DNA from: Thalassovita sp.
GTDB lineage: Bacteria; Pseudomonadota; Alphaproteobacteria; Rhodobacterales; Rhodobacteraceae
NCBI RefSeq assembly: GCF_017792425.1
Contig: NZ_CP051233.1
Length of the DNA: 64,000 bases
Direction: 5' to 3' (one strand)
This document shows, piece after piece, positions 10,453-20,051 of the stretch (positions are counted from its first letter, which is position 1; each line of letters begins with the position of its first letter). A program made the position numbers and the translations under genes. A model generated the notes under the pieces. The model made no database searches. It was not told the origin of the DNA and saw only the letters and a program-made list of their open reading frames with translations.

Positions 10453-11985
10453 ATGCGCGGTCCTCATAACATCTGGCGGCTGATCCGCACCGGGGCCACG
10501 CTGGAACGCACCGGCGCAATGGGCCTGATCCTGGACGCGATGGACGCGCCGCGCCCGATCCGCATCGTTGCCCGGACGCTGGCCTGGCCGTTCCGATGGC
10601 TGGGTTACAAGGGCGATCCCTCGATGCCGCCGGCCACACGGGCGCTGACCGCCTTGGGCCCGGCCTATATCAAGTTCGGCCAGGTCCTGAGCACCCGGCC
10701 CGACGTGGTGGGGGACGAGATGGCCCAGCATCTGCGGGTGCTGCAGGACAAGCTGCCGCCATTTTCCATGGCACAGGCAAAGCGCGCCATTGCAGACGAA
10801 TTGGACCTGTCCGTCGAAGAGCTGTTCGACGAGTTCAGCGAACCGATCGCCGCAGCCTCGATCGCGCAGGTGCACAAGGCGCGGCTGAAAGATACCGGCG
10901 AAGAGGTGGCCGTGAAGGTGCTGCGCCCGGGAATCGAGAAGGCATTCCAGCGCGATATTGATGCCTTCTATTTCGCCGCCGACGCGATTGAATTTCTGTC
11001 TCCGGCCTCTCGCCGTTTGCGGCCGCGTGACGTGATCGCGCATTTCGAGGGCGTCGTTCTGGGCGAGTTGGACCTGCGGTTGGAAAGCGCGTCTGCCTCG
11101 CAGTTCGCGGCGAACACGGTGCAGGACGAAGGGTTCCAGCTGCCGCAGATAAAATGGGGTCTGTCCAGCCGCCGCGTGATGACGATGGCCTGGGCCGAGG
11201 GCGTCCCGCTGGGCGACAATGACGCGCTGGACCACGCCGGCCACGACCGGCGGGCGCTGGGGGAACGCGTGCTGCAACTGTTCCTCAGCCATGCGCTGCG
11301 CGACGGCTATTTCCACGCGGACATGCACCAGGGCAACCTGAAGGTCGCGGCCAATGGCGACATCATCGCCTATGATTTTGGCATCATGGGCCATATCGAC
11401 GAATACACCCGCCGGGTCTATGCCGAGATCCTGTTCGGGTTCATCCAGCGCGATTACCAGCGCGTCGCCGAGGTGCATTTCGAGGCCGGGTACGTCCCCG
11501 CGGACCGCGATGTCGATGAATTCGCGCGCGCGCTGCGCGCCGTCGGGGAACCGATTTTCGGCATGGATGCCACCCGGATTTCAATGGGGCGTCTGCTGAA
11601 CTACCTGTTCGAAGTCACCGAACGATTCGGCATGGAAACCCGGACCGAGCTGATCCTGCTGCAGCGCACCATGGTCGTTGTTGAAGGGGTTGCGCGGTCG
11701 TTGCACCCACAGATCAACATCTGGGAAGTAGCCAAGCCGGTGGTGCAATCCTACATCACCCGGTCGATGGGGCCGCGCGCCATGTTGCGCGATTTCACAC
11801 GGACCGCCCGCGTTCTCAGTCGGTTTGGCCCACGCCTGCCCGGATTGGTAGAGGCCGCGCTGATCCGGCAGGCGACCGGTGCCGAACCCGCGTCGGCGCC
11901 ATCGCGCAAAGGGCCGGTTCTGTGGGCCTTGCTGGGGGCCATCGTGGGCGGCGGGGCCGTGGCGCTGGCCGGATTACTGCTGTAG
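10453..11985 (+). CDS. ubiB: Ubiquinone biosynthesis kinase-like protein UbiB
   Basis: LGPAYIKFGQ, AAASIAQVH, FHADMHQGN, YDFG. Confidence 0.97.
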   Translation: MRGPHNIWRLIRTGATLERTGAMGLILDAMDAPRPIRIVARTLAWPFRWLGYKGDPSMPPATRALTALGPAYIKFGQVLSTRPDVVGDEMAQHLRVLQDKLPPFSMAQAKRAIADELDLSVEELFDEFSEPIAAASIAQVHKARLKDTGEEVAVKVLRPGIEKAFQRDIDAFYFAADAIEFLSPASRRLRPRDVIAHFEGVVLGELDLRLESASASQFAANTVQDEGFQLPQIKWGLSSRRVMTMAWAEGVPLGDNDALDHAGHDRRALGERVLQLFLSHALRDGYFHADMHQGNLKVAANGDIIAYDFGIMGHIDEYTRRVYAEILFGFIQRDYQRVAEVHFEAGYVPADRDVDEFARALRAVGEPIFGMDATRISMGRLLNYLFEVTERFGMETRTELILLQRTMVVVEGVARSLHPQINIWEVAKPVVQSYITRSMGPRAMLRDFTRTARVLSRFGPRLPGLVEAALIRQATGAEPASAPSRKGPVLWALLGAIVGGGAVALAGLLL

Positions 11986-12813
11986 CGCGGCCAATTCCAG
12001 CGCCATCGCCTGTGAATATTCCGCAGCCCCCCGGACGGATTTCCACGCGCAATAGGCCGCCATTGCCCAATGGTGCCAGGGCTGCATCCGCCTGACCCGC
12101 CGCAGCACCGCCGGATCACCATATCCCGCCAGGAATGCGGACGTTTCCCGTGCGTCCAGCGGACTGCCGCGATAGATCCGCTGCATCGCGGGCGACAGGA
12201 AAATGGCCAGATCCTCGGCCGGGTCGCCCACGGCGGGGCATTGCCAATCAATCAGACGTACCCCCGCCGCTGTCACGATCACGTTGCCGGGCACGACATC
12301 GCCATGCAGGAAAACCCCGGTTTCTAACGGCGGAACCCGGTAATCCGGCTGGGTGCGCCGTAGCCTTTCGGCCAGTCCGGCGGGCAGCGAGGGCAGGATT
12401 TCCCCGACCTGCCGCAAGATCGCCTGCGACCCGCCCGGAAGCGTGCGCAATCCGGTGGGCGGGCGCAGGCCATGCAGTCGCCGCAATAGTTGCCCCACCT
12501 GCGCAGGGTCTTGCGACCAGGGTGTTCCTTTCAGGTGTTGGTACAGCAGATAGGTCACGCCGTTCAACTGCACCTGCCCGGCCAGTCGCGGGGCGATGGC
12601 CTGCCCTTCGAGGTGGCGCAGAACGGCAGCCTCTTGCGCGGGATCGTTCGGGAACCGGGGGTTGCCGTCCTGAGGCGCATAGCGTTTCACCACCACATCC
12701 CCAACCCGCCACAGCCTGTTGGTGCGCCCCCCCTGCATTGGCGTCCAAGGCTGACCCGGCACGATCAATCCATCACGCAGCAGCGCAGGTTCCAAGGCTG
12801 AATCAAGGGTCAT
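11974..12813 (-). CDS. APH/choline-kinase-family phosphotransferase
   Basis: GGRTN loop, HGDVVPGN Brenner-type motif, LIDWQ, GDPAEDLA. Start uncertain. Confidence 0.85.
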   Translation of the reverse strand: MTLDSALEPALLRDGLIVPGQPWTPMQGGRTNRLWRVGDVVVKRYAPQDGNPRFPNDPAQEAAVLRHLEGQAIAPRLAGQVQLNGVTYLLYQHLKGTPWSQDPAQVGQLLRRLHGLRPPTGLRTLPGGSQAILRQVGEILPSLPAGLAERLRRTQPDYRVPPLETGVFLHGDVVPGNVIVTAAGVRLIDWQCPAVGDPAEDLAIFLSPAMQRIYRGSPLDARETSAFLAGYGDPAVLRRVRRMQPWHHWAMAAYCAWKSVRGAAEYSQAMALELAALQQ

Positions 12814-12882
12814 CCGGTGTCCGAAGGGTAAAGACGGCCCGGGGACGCTACGCCATCCTGCACCGGTCGGCAATCAACCGGG

Positions 12883-13548
12883 TCAGGCTGCCGGCAGCCG
12901 CACACCGCTGATCTGGTCTGATGTCAGCTCTGCCCCGCCGGCACGCACCAGCACAACCGCGCCGGATTCGCTGCGCGCCTCAAGGATCTTGCCCCAGGTT
13001 TCCCCGGCCGTGGTCTGCGTCAGCTTGCCATTCACAAAGTTTTCAACCCGGAAGGAATAGAGCCCGCGATCCAGCCTGTCCCCCGCCGCGCCGGTCCCGT
13101 CCCAGACCATCGCATCGGATCCGGCAGGGAGAGCGACCCTGTCCACCTCTGCCCCGGTGCTGTCCAACACGACCAGTTGCGCTGCGTCGGCATAGCTGAG
13201 CCGGCTGACCGCCACCTCTATCCCGGTGGTTCCGTCGAACTGCGCAGGCCCGGCGGCCCGACCTTCCAGACCGATCCAGTCCGCCAGCGCAGTCAGGCCC
13301 GACTGGTTGTTTCCGGCGACCAGGCTGTTCAGCAGCTCGTTCGTCAGCACCTGTTGTTCCAGCGAGGAAAAGCTGGCCAGTTGCATCGCGTATTCAGACG
13401 AATCCATCGGGTTCAGCGGATCCTGGTTCTGCATCTGTACGGTCAGCATCTTCAGAAAGGTTTCAAAATCCGAATTCAGGACCGTTCCGCTGCTGCCCTG
13501 GGTCGCCCCGGTCGCGGCCGTTGTCCGGGTGGCGTCAATCGTGGTCAT
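12883..13548 (-). CDS. flgD: Flagellar hook capping protein
   Basis: FLKMLTVQMQNQDPLNPMD...QLASFSSLEQ. Confidence 0.96.
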   Translation of the reverse strand: MTTIDATRTTAATGATQGSSGTVLNSDFETFLKMLTVQMQNQDPLNPMDSSEYAMQLASFSSLEQQVLTNELLNSLVAGNNQSGLTALADWIGLEGRAAGPAQFDGTTGIEVAVSRLSYADAAQLVVLDSTGAEVDRVALPAGSDAMVWDGTGAAGDRLDRGLYSFRVENFVNGKLTQTTAGETWGKILEARSESGAVVLVRAGGAELTSDQISGVRLPAA

Positions 13549-13557
13549 GGTGCGTCC

Positions 13558-14838
13558 TCATAGTCGAAGGTCCAGCCCGGTGACCGGACCCTGTTGTTGT
13601 GCTGCCACGGCGGGGTCCGCCGGTTGACGGGCAAAGCGATGGATCGGCTGATCCTGCCGGGATTGCTGTTCGCGCCCGTCGGAATAGGTGACATCGCCAA
13701 ATCCCAGCGTGCGCAGATCCTGCGCCAGCTCCGGCAGGTGCCTGCGCATCAGATCCAGCGTTTCCGGGCGTTCGGCCTGCACGATCAGCACCACGCCGTT
13801 TTCCGTTTGCCTCGCCGTCAATCGGACGCGCCCCAGTTCCTCGGGGGCCAACGACACCTCGATCGGTTCACCGGGCCGCATGGGGGTGTCGGCCAGATGC
13901 TGCAAAAGCTGCCGCCCGGCCCCTGCAGTCTGCGGCGGCGGTTCCGTACTGGCGGGTGGGGTGGCGGGCGGCTGGGTATGGGAGACGAGGGTCAGGTCCG
14001 TCAACGCCTCATCGCCGGGGATCAGTGCAGCGGGGGGCGAATCCGTTCCTGTCGCCGCCGATTGCTGCGCGACTGACGGGGGTGGCATCGGGGCCGCGCC
14101 GCCGTCCCGTTTGCCGGGAACCGCCCGCGGCGCGAGGGCAGCCGAGGCGTCTGTCGCGGGTTCGGGCGCCAGAGCCAGGCCGGAATCGGAATTCGCCAGC
14201 CCCCCGGACGGGTCTGGCCTGACCGGACCGGCAGGCGGGGGCGGGTGGACAGCCTCCTGAGACAGGCCGTTGGACCTGGTCGCCGCCATGTCGCGTCGGT
14301 CGTTGCCCGCCGGAGGTGGGCCATCGGGGTCGGCTTCGGTTTGCGCAGGCATATCGGGCGCCGGCAGGGCCGAATCATCCTGTGCGGTCGGGTTGGCCGT
14401 CAGATCGGCGGACTCGGTCGCCTGGACATGTTGACGCCCCACCGCGGCATCGACGGGATGCGCGCCGGTCTGAACCAAGGACCGCGCGCCCCTGGACCCC
14501 TCCCCCGCCTGCATCCTTATTTGGGCCGATCCGGCGGAAGGGTCGGCACGCCCGACCCCGGTAGATTCCGTTGACCATCCCGGTGCCATCCAATCGGGGG
14601 CTTCCGTCTCTGACGCCTCTGCCAGCGGGTCTTCGTCAGGGATTTCCCCGGTCTCTTCCGATTCGGGCGCTGAGGGCAGGGGATCATCCCGTGGCCCTGC
14701 CTGCGGGTCCGGCGGATTTCCTGAACCTGCCGGTATCGCTGCCCAGAGGGCCGCAAAGCCGGCCCCCCCGGCTGCGGGCGGGCGGTGCTGGGACTGCCAG
14801 TTGGACGATTCGGCCAAGGCCAGCGGCGGGGTTTGCAT
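13558..14838 (-). CDS. fliK: Flagellar hook-length control protein
   Basis: Pro/Ala-rich N-terminus, C-terminal LAPEELGRV domain, ends GLDLRL; upstream of flgD. Confidence 0.9.
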   Translation of the reverse strand: MQTPPLALAESSNWQSQHRPPAAGGAGFAALWAAIPAGSGNPPDPQAGPRDDPLPSAPESEETGEIPDEDPLAEASETEAPDWMAPGWSTESTGVGRADPSAGSAQIRMQAGEGSRGARSLVQTGAHPVDAAVGRQHVQATESADLTANPTAQDDSALPAPDMPAQTEADPDGPPPAGNDRRDMAATRSNGLSQEAVHPPPPAGPVRPDPSGGLANSDSGLALAPEPATDASAALAPRAVPGKRDGGAAPMPPPSVAQQSAATGTDSPPAALIPGDEALTDLTLVSHTQPPATPPASTEPPPQTAGAGRQLLQHLADTPMRPGEPIEVSLAPEELGRVRLTARQTENGVVLIVQAERPETLDLMRRHLPELAQDLRTLGFGDVTYSDGREQQSRQDQPIHRFARQPADPAVAAQQQGPVTGLDLRL

Positions 14839-14885
14839 GGGAATCTCCGGTGTTCGTTTCGCTGCTCCAGACTTGCCGAGTTTGG

Positions 14886-14900
14886 TTACCGCTTCTTTAC
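14886..14900. promoter_or_regulatory. Degenerate CtrA-like box between divergent fliK and flgJ-like gene
   Basis: TTAC-N7-TTAC versus consensus TTAA-N7-TTAA. Confidence 0.55.
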
Positions 14901-14946
14901 CGGTTCCGGGTCATGATCGGAAAAATCGTTCAAATTGGAGATGACG

Positions 14947-15219
14947 ATGCCAGAAATCCCCCCGGTGACAGCACCGCCCCCCAACCGCCTGCACGCCCTG
15001 CGTCAGGCCGCCGAGAAGATCGAGGCGGTGTTCCTATCGGAAATGCTGAAAACCGCCGGTGTCGGCAAATCGCCGGACGCATTCGGCGGGGGCGCGGGCG
15101 AGGATCAGTTCGCCTCGTTCCTGCGGGACGCCCAGGCCGAAGAAATGGTGCGCGCCGGGGGAATCGGCCTGGCCGAAACCCTGTTCCAGGCCTTGAAGGA
15201 AAAAGAGAATGAAAACTGA
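14947..15219 (+). CDS. flgJ: Rod-binding protein (single-domain FlgJ-like)
   Basis: AAEKIEAVFLSEMLK...GGGAGEDQF...GGIGLAE; no muramidase domain. Confidence 0.8.
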   Translation: MPEIPPVTAPPPNRLHALRQAAEKIEAVFLSEMLKTAGVGKSPDAFGGGAGEDQFASFLRDAQAEEMVRAGGIGLAETLFQALKEKENEN

Positions 15220-15553
15220 GAACCCGGTCACGGCCCGCCTGTCCACCTTGCTGGAGGAAGAACGCCACCTGCTGCTGAAAGGACGGCTGAACGACCTGCC
15301 CGCCCTGCTGGAGCGCAAGCGCGCACTGATCGAAGAACTGGGGCCCCCCGCGCGCGCGGATCTGTCGGCCCTGCACGACCGGCTGACCCGGAATCACGCC
15401 TTGCTGAACAGCGCGATGGCAGGCATCCGGCGCGTGGCCGACCGGCTGGAAACCCTGCAACGAACGCGCGGCGCGCTGGAAACCTATGACAGCCGGGGGC
15501 ACCGCAAGTCGTTGGGAACGCACCCGGCGGGCAAGGTCGAAAAACGCGCCTGA
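15209..15553 (+). CDS. flgN: FlgN-like flagellar export chaperone
   Basis: Short helical protein with LLEEER, RNHALL, TYDSRG; position between flgJ-like gene and flagellin. Confidence 0.7.
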   Translation: MKTENPVTARLSTLLEEERHLLLKGRLNDLPALLERKRALIEELGPPARADLSALHDRLTRNHALLNSAMAGIRRVADRLETLQRTRGALETYDSRGHRKSLGTHPAGKVEKRA

Positions 15554-15592
15554 CCACGATTGAATCAAATGCTGGGCAAAGGATTTCCGATG

Positions 15593-15607
15593 TTAGCACT
15601 CTCTTAG
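15593..15607 (+). promoter_or_regulatory. Degenerate CtrA-like box upstream of flagellin
   Basis: TTAG-N7-TTAG. Confidence 0.55.
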
Positions 15608-15759
15608 TCATTGGCCACGCAAGGTGATCACGCATCCGAAAGGGATGGCGCAGTACCGGGCAAACGGGGCTGTACGGTCTGAAGGGCCCTCGGTCCGTCC
15701 TTTGGGGGCGGGATGATCAACCGGCTGCGAAACGCGGCCAAAGACTTGAGGAAAATGCT

Positions 15760-16971
15760 ATGTCCAGCATTCTGACCAACAACGGCGCAATGGTTGCGCT
15801 GCAAACCCTGAAAACGGTGAACGCCAACCTGGCGGATACGCAAAACCAGATCTCGACCGGGATGCAGGTCAGCTCGGCCAAGGATAACTCTGCGGTGTGG
15901 GCGATTTCAAAGGTGATGGAATCGGATGTGACCGGTTTCCAAGCCATTTCCGACAGCCTGTCGCTGGGGGAATCCACCGTCGCGGTGGCCGCCAATGCCG
16001 CCGAGACCATCACCGATCTGCTGACCCAGATGAAGGAAAAGATCGTCGCCGCGCAGGGGGGCAACGTTGACCGCTCCAAGATCAACGACGACGTGACCGC
16101 GTTGAAAAACCAGATCAACTCTGTCGTCAGCGCGGCGCAGTTCAACGGGCTGAACCTTGTCGATGGTTCGACCGGCTCCACCTCTATCCTGGCGTCTCTG
16201 GACCGTGACAGTTCCGGCAACGTAACTGCCTCTTCGATCACCGTGAACGCGCAAGACCTGTCGACCGGCGGTTATGTCGCCAACGACATCTTCTCTGGCA
16301 GTTCGACCGGGTCGTCGGGCGATGGCGACACTGTCGCACTGGTCCTGGACAACGGCGGCGGCAACGAACAGATCGAAATCGCGGAAAACGGCGCGAACTT
16401 CGCCACCGGCGATAAGGTCAGCCTGACCGTCGGGGACAAGACCGTATCCTATACCGTGACTGCGAACGACTCGGCGGCGACCACCACGGCCGATATCGTG
16501 GCCATCGCGCTGAAAAACCAGATCGACGACCTGGGGATTTCGGGCCTGACCGTGGACTATGACAGCGGCACGCCGGGAACGCTGGATTTCACCAACGCGG
16601 GCACGGTTGACCTGAGTGTCAGCGGCCAGTTCACCAACGCCGGGTCCGGCGGCCTGGGCGCAATGGCCGGGATCGACGTGTCGACGGCGGTTGGGGCGAC
16701 CTCGGCGCTGGCGACGGTCGAAACGCTGATCGACACCGCCATCGACGCGGCGGCGACCTTCGGTTCCTCGCAGGGGCGGATCGAAACCCAGGCGGATTTC
16801 GTGTCCAACCTGACCGACGCGTTGAAATCGGGCATCGGTTCAATGGTGGACGCCGACATGGAGGAAACCTCGGCCCGGCTACAGGCGCTGCAAACCCAGC
16901 AGCAACTGGCCATTCAGTCGCTTTCGATCGCGAACCAGGCGCCGCAGTCGATCCTGTCGCTGTTCCGCTGA
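15760..16971 (+). CDS. fliC: Flagellin
   Basis: MSSILTNNGAMVALQTL N-terminus; VDADMEETSARLQALQTQQQL...SILSLFR C-terminus. Confidence 0.97.
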   Translation: MSSILTNNGAMVALQTLKTVNANLADTQNQISTGMQVSSAKDNSAVWAISKVMESDVTGFQAISDSLSLGESTVAVAANAAETITDLLTQMKEKIVAAQGGNVDRSKINDDVTALKNQINSVVSAAQFNGLNLVDGSTGSTSILASLDRDSSGNVTASSITVNAQDLSTGGYVANDIFSGSSTGSSGDGDTVALVLDNGGGNEQIEIAENGANFATGDKVSLTVGDKTVSYTVTANDSAATTTADIVAIALKNQIDDLGISGLTVDYDSGTPGTLDFTNAGTVDLSVSGQFTNAGSGGLGAMAGIDVSTAVGATSALATVETLIDTAIDAAATFGSSQGRIETQADFVSNLTDALKSGIGSMVDADMEETSARLQALQTQQQLAIQSLSIANQAPQSILSLFR

Positions 16972-16981
16972 TCGCCACCGG

Positions 16982-17009
16982 ACCGGGGCGCCCACGCGCC
17001 CCGGTTTTC
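16982..17009 (+). terminator. Intrinsic terminator after flagellin
   Basis: ACCGGGGCGC-CCAC-GCGCCCCGGT followed by T/C tract. Confidence 0.8.
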
Positions 17010-17038
17010 CCTCTCTCTAGCGACAGGATGATCTTCCC

Positions 17039-17410
17039 GTGAACGCACAGTTTACCGCGCAGCGCGCCTATGCGCAGACTGCAGGCTCTCTCCGCACGCC
17101 CCGCGGACAGGAATATGACGCTTTCGCCCGCGTCACCCATCAGATGATCGCCGCCGACACCACCAAGGCGATGGCCCCGCTTGCCGCCGCGCTGCACCGG
17201 AACCGACGGTTGTGGACGCTGCTGGCCTCGGACGTGGCGGACCCGGCGAACCAGCTGCCGGCCGCATTGCGGGCGCAGATTTTTTATCTGGCAGAATTCA
17301 CCAGCCAGCACAGCCGCAAGGTGCTGCGCGGCGCGGCGACCGCTGCCCCGCTGATCGAGGTCAACCGCGCCATTATGCGTGGCCTGCGCCCGCAGGAGGC
17401 CACGGAATGA
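17039..17410 (+). CDS. flaF: Flagellin regulator FlaF
   Basis: ALHRNRRLWT...NQLPAALRAQIFYLAEF...LIEVNRAIMRGL; GTG start. Confidence 0.93.
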   Translation: MNAQFTAQRAYAQTAGSLRTPRGQEYDAFARVTHQMIAADTTKAMAPLAAALHRNRRLWTLLASDVADPANQLPAALRAQIFYLAEFTSQHSRKVLRGAATAAPLIEVNRAIMRGLRPQEATE

Positions 17411-17811
17411 GCGGCCTTGTCCTGAAGCTTGGCCCGAAAGAGCGCGTGCTGGTCAACGGCGCCGTGATTGAAAACGGGGACCGCCGCAGCAGGCTTTCGG
17501 TGCTGACGCCCGACGCCAACATCCTGCGGCTGCGTGATGCCATCCACCCGGACGAGGCGACGACTCCGGTCCGGCGGGTCTGCTATGCGGCGCAACTGGT
17601 TCTGTCTGGTGACGCGGACCCTGCACAGACCCGTCTGCAACTGTTACGCCGGATCGAGGAGCTGAGCCGAATCCTGACCGACGCCGACAGCCGCAGCGTT
17701 CTGACCGCGGCCTCTGACGCGGTGATCAACCAGCAATTCTACCAGTGCCTGAAAGCACTGCGCTTGCTGCTGCCCCGAGAGGACCGCCTGCTGGCGGCAC
17801 ACCGGCAATGA
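17407..17811 (+). CDS. flbT: Flagellin translational regulator FlbT
   Basis: MSGLVLKLGPKERVLVNGAVIENG; ATGA overlap with flaF. Confidence 0.94.
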   Translation: MSGLVLKLGPKERVLVNGAVIENGDRRSRLSVLTPDANILRLRDAIHPDEATTPVRRVCYAAQLVLSGDADPAQTRLQLLRRIEELSRILTDADSRSVLTAASDAVINQQFYQCLKALRLLLPREDRLLAAHRQ

Positions 17812-18596
17812 CCTATCAGCCGATCCTGCCCGCCTCGGGTCTGGTGGGCTGGAAATTCCTGGAACGCACGTTCGAGGCGCAAAGCACCGCGTTCCAGTCT
17901 TCCAGCGTGCTGGCCCGCGACACCGCCTATTTCGAACAGAATATCGCCAAGGTGGACACGGCTGCTGATCTGGTTTCAGACCGCCGGTTGCTGCGGGTCG
18001 CGCTGGGGGCTTTCGGATTGGAAGACGACCTGAACAGCAGGTTCTTTGTCCGCAAAATTTTGGAGGAAGGCACGATCGACCCGGGCTCGTTGGCCAACAA
18101 GATGTCGGACAGCCGCTATGCCGCCCTGTCCGATGCCTTCGGGTTCGACCTGGGGGTGCCACGGACGAAGCTGTCGGATTTCGCCGGGGAAATCATTGGC
18201 CAATACCGCGCCCGACAGTTCGAGGTCGCGGTCGGAGAGCAGGACCAGGCCATGCGCCTGGCCCTGAACGCGCAACGGGAACTGCCGGAGATCGCCGCCA
18301 GTGACGACAGCGAAAACACGCGCTGGTACCAGATCATGGGCAACGCCCCGCTACGGTCGGTCATGGAAACGGCGCTGGGACTGCCCGACAGCTTTGCCCA
18401 GATCGATCTGGACCAACAGCTAGAGGTCTTTGCGGAGAAGGCCGAACGGCAGTTGGGTATCGACAGCCTGAGCGACCTGTCGGACCCCGCAACGCTGAAC
18501 AAGCTGATCGAACGCTATCTGCTGCGGGCAGAGGCCCGTTCCGGTGTCGGATCAAGCCCGGCCTCGATTGCCCTGACCCTGCTGCAATCTGGCTGA
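17808..18596 (+). CDS. DUF1217-family flagellar protein
   Basis: DRRLLRVALGAFGL, FVRKILEEG, ETALGLP; position after flbT. Confidence 0.85.
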   Translation: MTYQPILPASGLVGWKFLERTFEAQSTAFQSSSVLARDTAYFEQNIAKVDTAADLVSDRRLLRVALGAFGLEDDLNSRFFVRKILEEGTIDPGSLANKMSDSRYAALSDAFGFDLGVPRTKLSDFAGEIIGQYRARQFEVAVGEQDQAMRLALNAQRELPEIAASDDSENTRWYQIMGNAPLRSVMETALGLPDSFAQIDLDQQLEVFAEKAERQLGIDSLSDLSDPATLNKLIERYLLRAEARSGVGSSPASIALTLLQSG

Positions 18597-19967
18597 GGCC
18601 TGCGGCGGCTTGCCGGTTCCAGCCTGCACAGGTTGCCGCATAGCGGCGCGGGCACGGCGCAGGATCAGCCCCAGCCGGGCAAAGCTGGCCGCGGCGTTCT
18701 GAGCCTCTGCCTGACCCAGGAAATCATCCAGTTCCGGCCAGGCGGCCACGGCCTGGTCCAGGATGATGTCGCTGCCGGGGGCATACAGGCCCGCGCGCAC
18801 CATCATTTCGGACCGATCATAGGTGCCCATCAGCTTGCGCGCCTCGATCAGCAGGGTGTTTTCCTCGGCACTGGCCGCCGCGGGCAGGCTGCGAGACACC
18901 GATTTCAGAACGTCGATGGCCGGATACCGGCCCCGTTCGGCGATCGACCGGTCCAGCACGATGTGACCGTCCAGAACACCGCGCAGGATGTCCGCGATCG
19001 GTTCATCCATGTCGGACCCGGCGACCAGCACGCTGAAAATCCCGGTAATGTCGCCGGTTCCATCAACCCCCGGCCCGGCGCGTTCGCACAGGGACATGAT
19101 CATATGCGCCGTCGATGGAGGGAAGCCGCGCAGCGCCGGCGCCTCGCCCCCGGCGACAGCGACTTCGCGATGCGCTTCGGCGAAGCGGGTGATCGAATCG
19201 GCCAGCAGCAGCACCTGCCTGCCCTGGTCGCGAAAGAATTCGGCGATGGCCATTGCCGTCCAACCGCAGCGGCGCCGGGCCAGCGCGGACTGATCCGAGG
19301 TCGCGGCCACCACCACCGCGCGCCGCATCCCGTCACGGCCCAGCGTTTCCTCGACGAAGTCGCGCAATTCGCGCCCGCGTTCCCCGATCAGCGCGATCAC
19401 CACCACGTCGGCCTGCATCTGTCGGGCCAGATGCGCCAGCAGGCTGGACTTGCCGACGCCTGACCCCGCAAACAGGCCCATCCGCTGGCCCCGCACCACC
19501 GGCAGAAAGGTGTTCGTCGCGGCCAGCCCGGTTTCCAGCCGATCCCCCATCGCGCGCCGTTGACCGGGGGGCGGGGGCGGCGCTTGCAATGGTCGCGCCA
19601 CCGCGCCGCGCAGCAAGGGGCGGCCATCCAGCGGCCGCCCGAACGGATCAACGACCCGTCCGATCCAGGCCGCCGTGGGCGCGATCGAGGCGGGCGAACA
19701 CAAGGCCACGGCGTCGCCCAAAGATACGCCTTCGTATGGTCCATCCGGCAGCATCATCAGCACATCCTGATCCATGCGCACCACTTCGCCGCCGATGGTC
19801 TGGCCGTCCTGGCGCGACAGGTTCAACTGGTCGCCAATCCGCGCGAATCGCGCCAGCCCGCGCACCTGGATCACCCCGGCGCTGACGGCCGACACACGCC
19901 CGATCCGGCGCATTGGCGCGATTGCAGAGATCTGGGCGCTAAGGCGGGACAGGTCTGTGGTGGGCAT
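18552..19967 (-). CDS. fliI: Flagellar export ATPase
   Basis: FAGSGVGKS, LIGERGRE, DSITRFA, LDGHIVL. Confidence 0.96.
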   Translation of the reverse strand: MPTTDLSRLSAQISAIAPMRRIGRVSAVSAGVIQVRGLARFARIGDQLNLSRQDGQTIGGEVVRMDQDVLMMLPDGPYEGVSLGDAVALCSPASIAPTAAWIGRVVDPFGRPLDGRPLLRGAVARPLQAPPPPPGQRRAMGDRLETGLAATNTFLPVVRGQRMGLFAGSGVGKSSLLAHLARQMQADVVVIALIGERGRELRDFVEETLGRDGMRRAVVVAATSDQSALARRRCGWTAMAIAEFFRDQGRQVLLLADSITRFAEAHREVAVAGGEAPALRGFPPSTAHMIMSLCERAGPGVDGTGDITGIFSVLVAGSDMDEPIADILRGVLDGHIVLDRSIAERGRYPAIDVLKSVSRSLPAAASAEENTLLIEARKLMGTYDRSEMMVRAGLYAPGSDIILDQAVAAWPELDDFLGQAEAQNAAASFARLGLILRRARAAMRQPVQAGTGKPPQASARLQQGQGNRGRA

Positions 19968-20014
19968 CGGATCCTCCGGTCATTTCCTGACAACGGTTTC
20001 TAAAGGAATCAGGG

Positions 20015-20029
20015 TTAAGCCTTGATTGA
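20015..20029. promoter_or_regulatory. CtrA-like box between divergent fliI and flgB
   Basis: TTAA-N7-TTGA with GANTC at 20006-20010. Confidence 0.6.
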
Positions 20030-20051
20030 AATCACCAAGGGAGAACCCCGA

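Noticed and set aside
15625..15690. c-di-GMP-I riboswitch-like words (GGCAAAC, GAAA-loop stem) in the flagellin leader
   Set aside because: The elements are in the wrong order for that aptamer; kept only as a structured leader.
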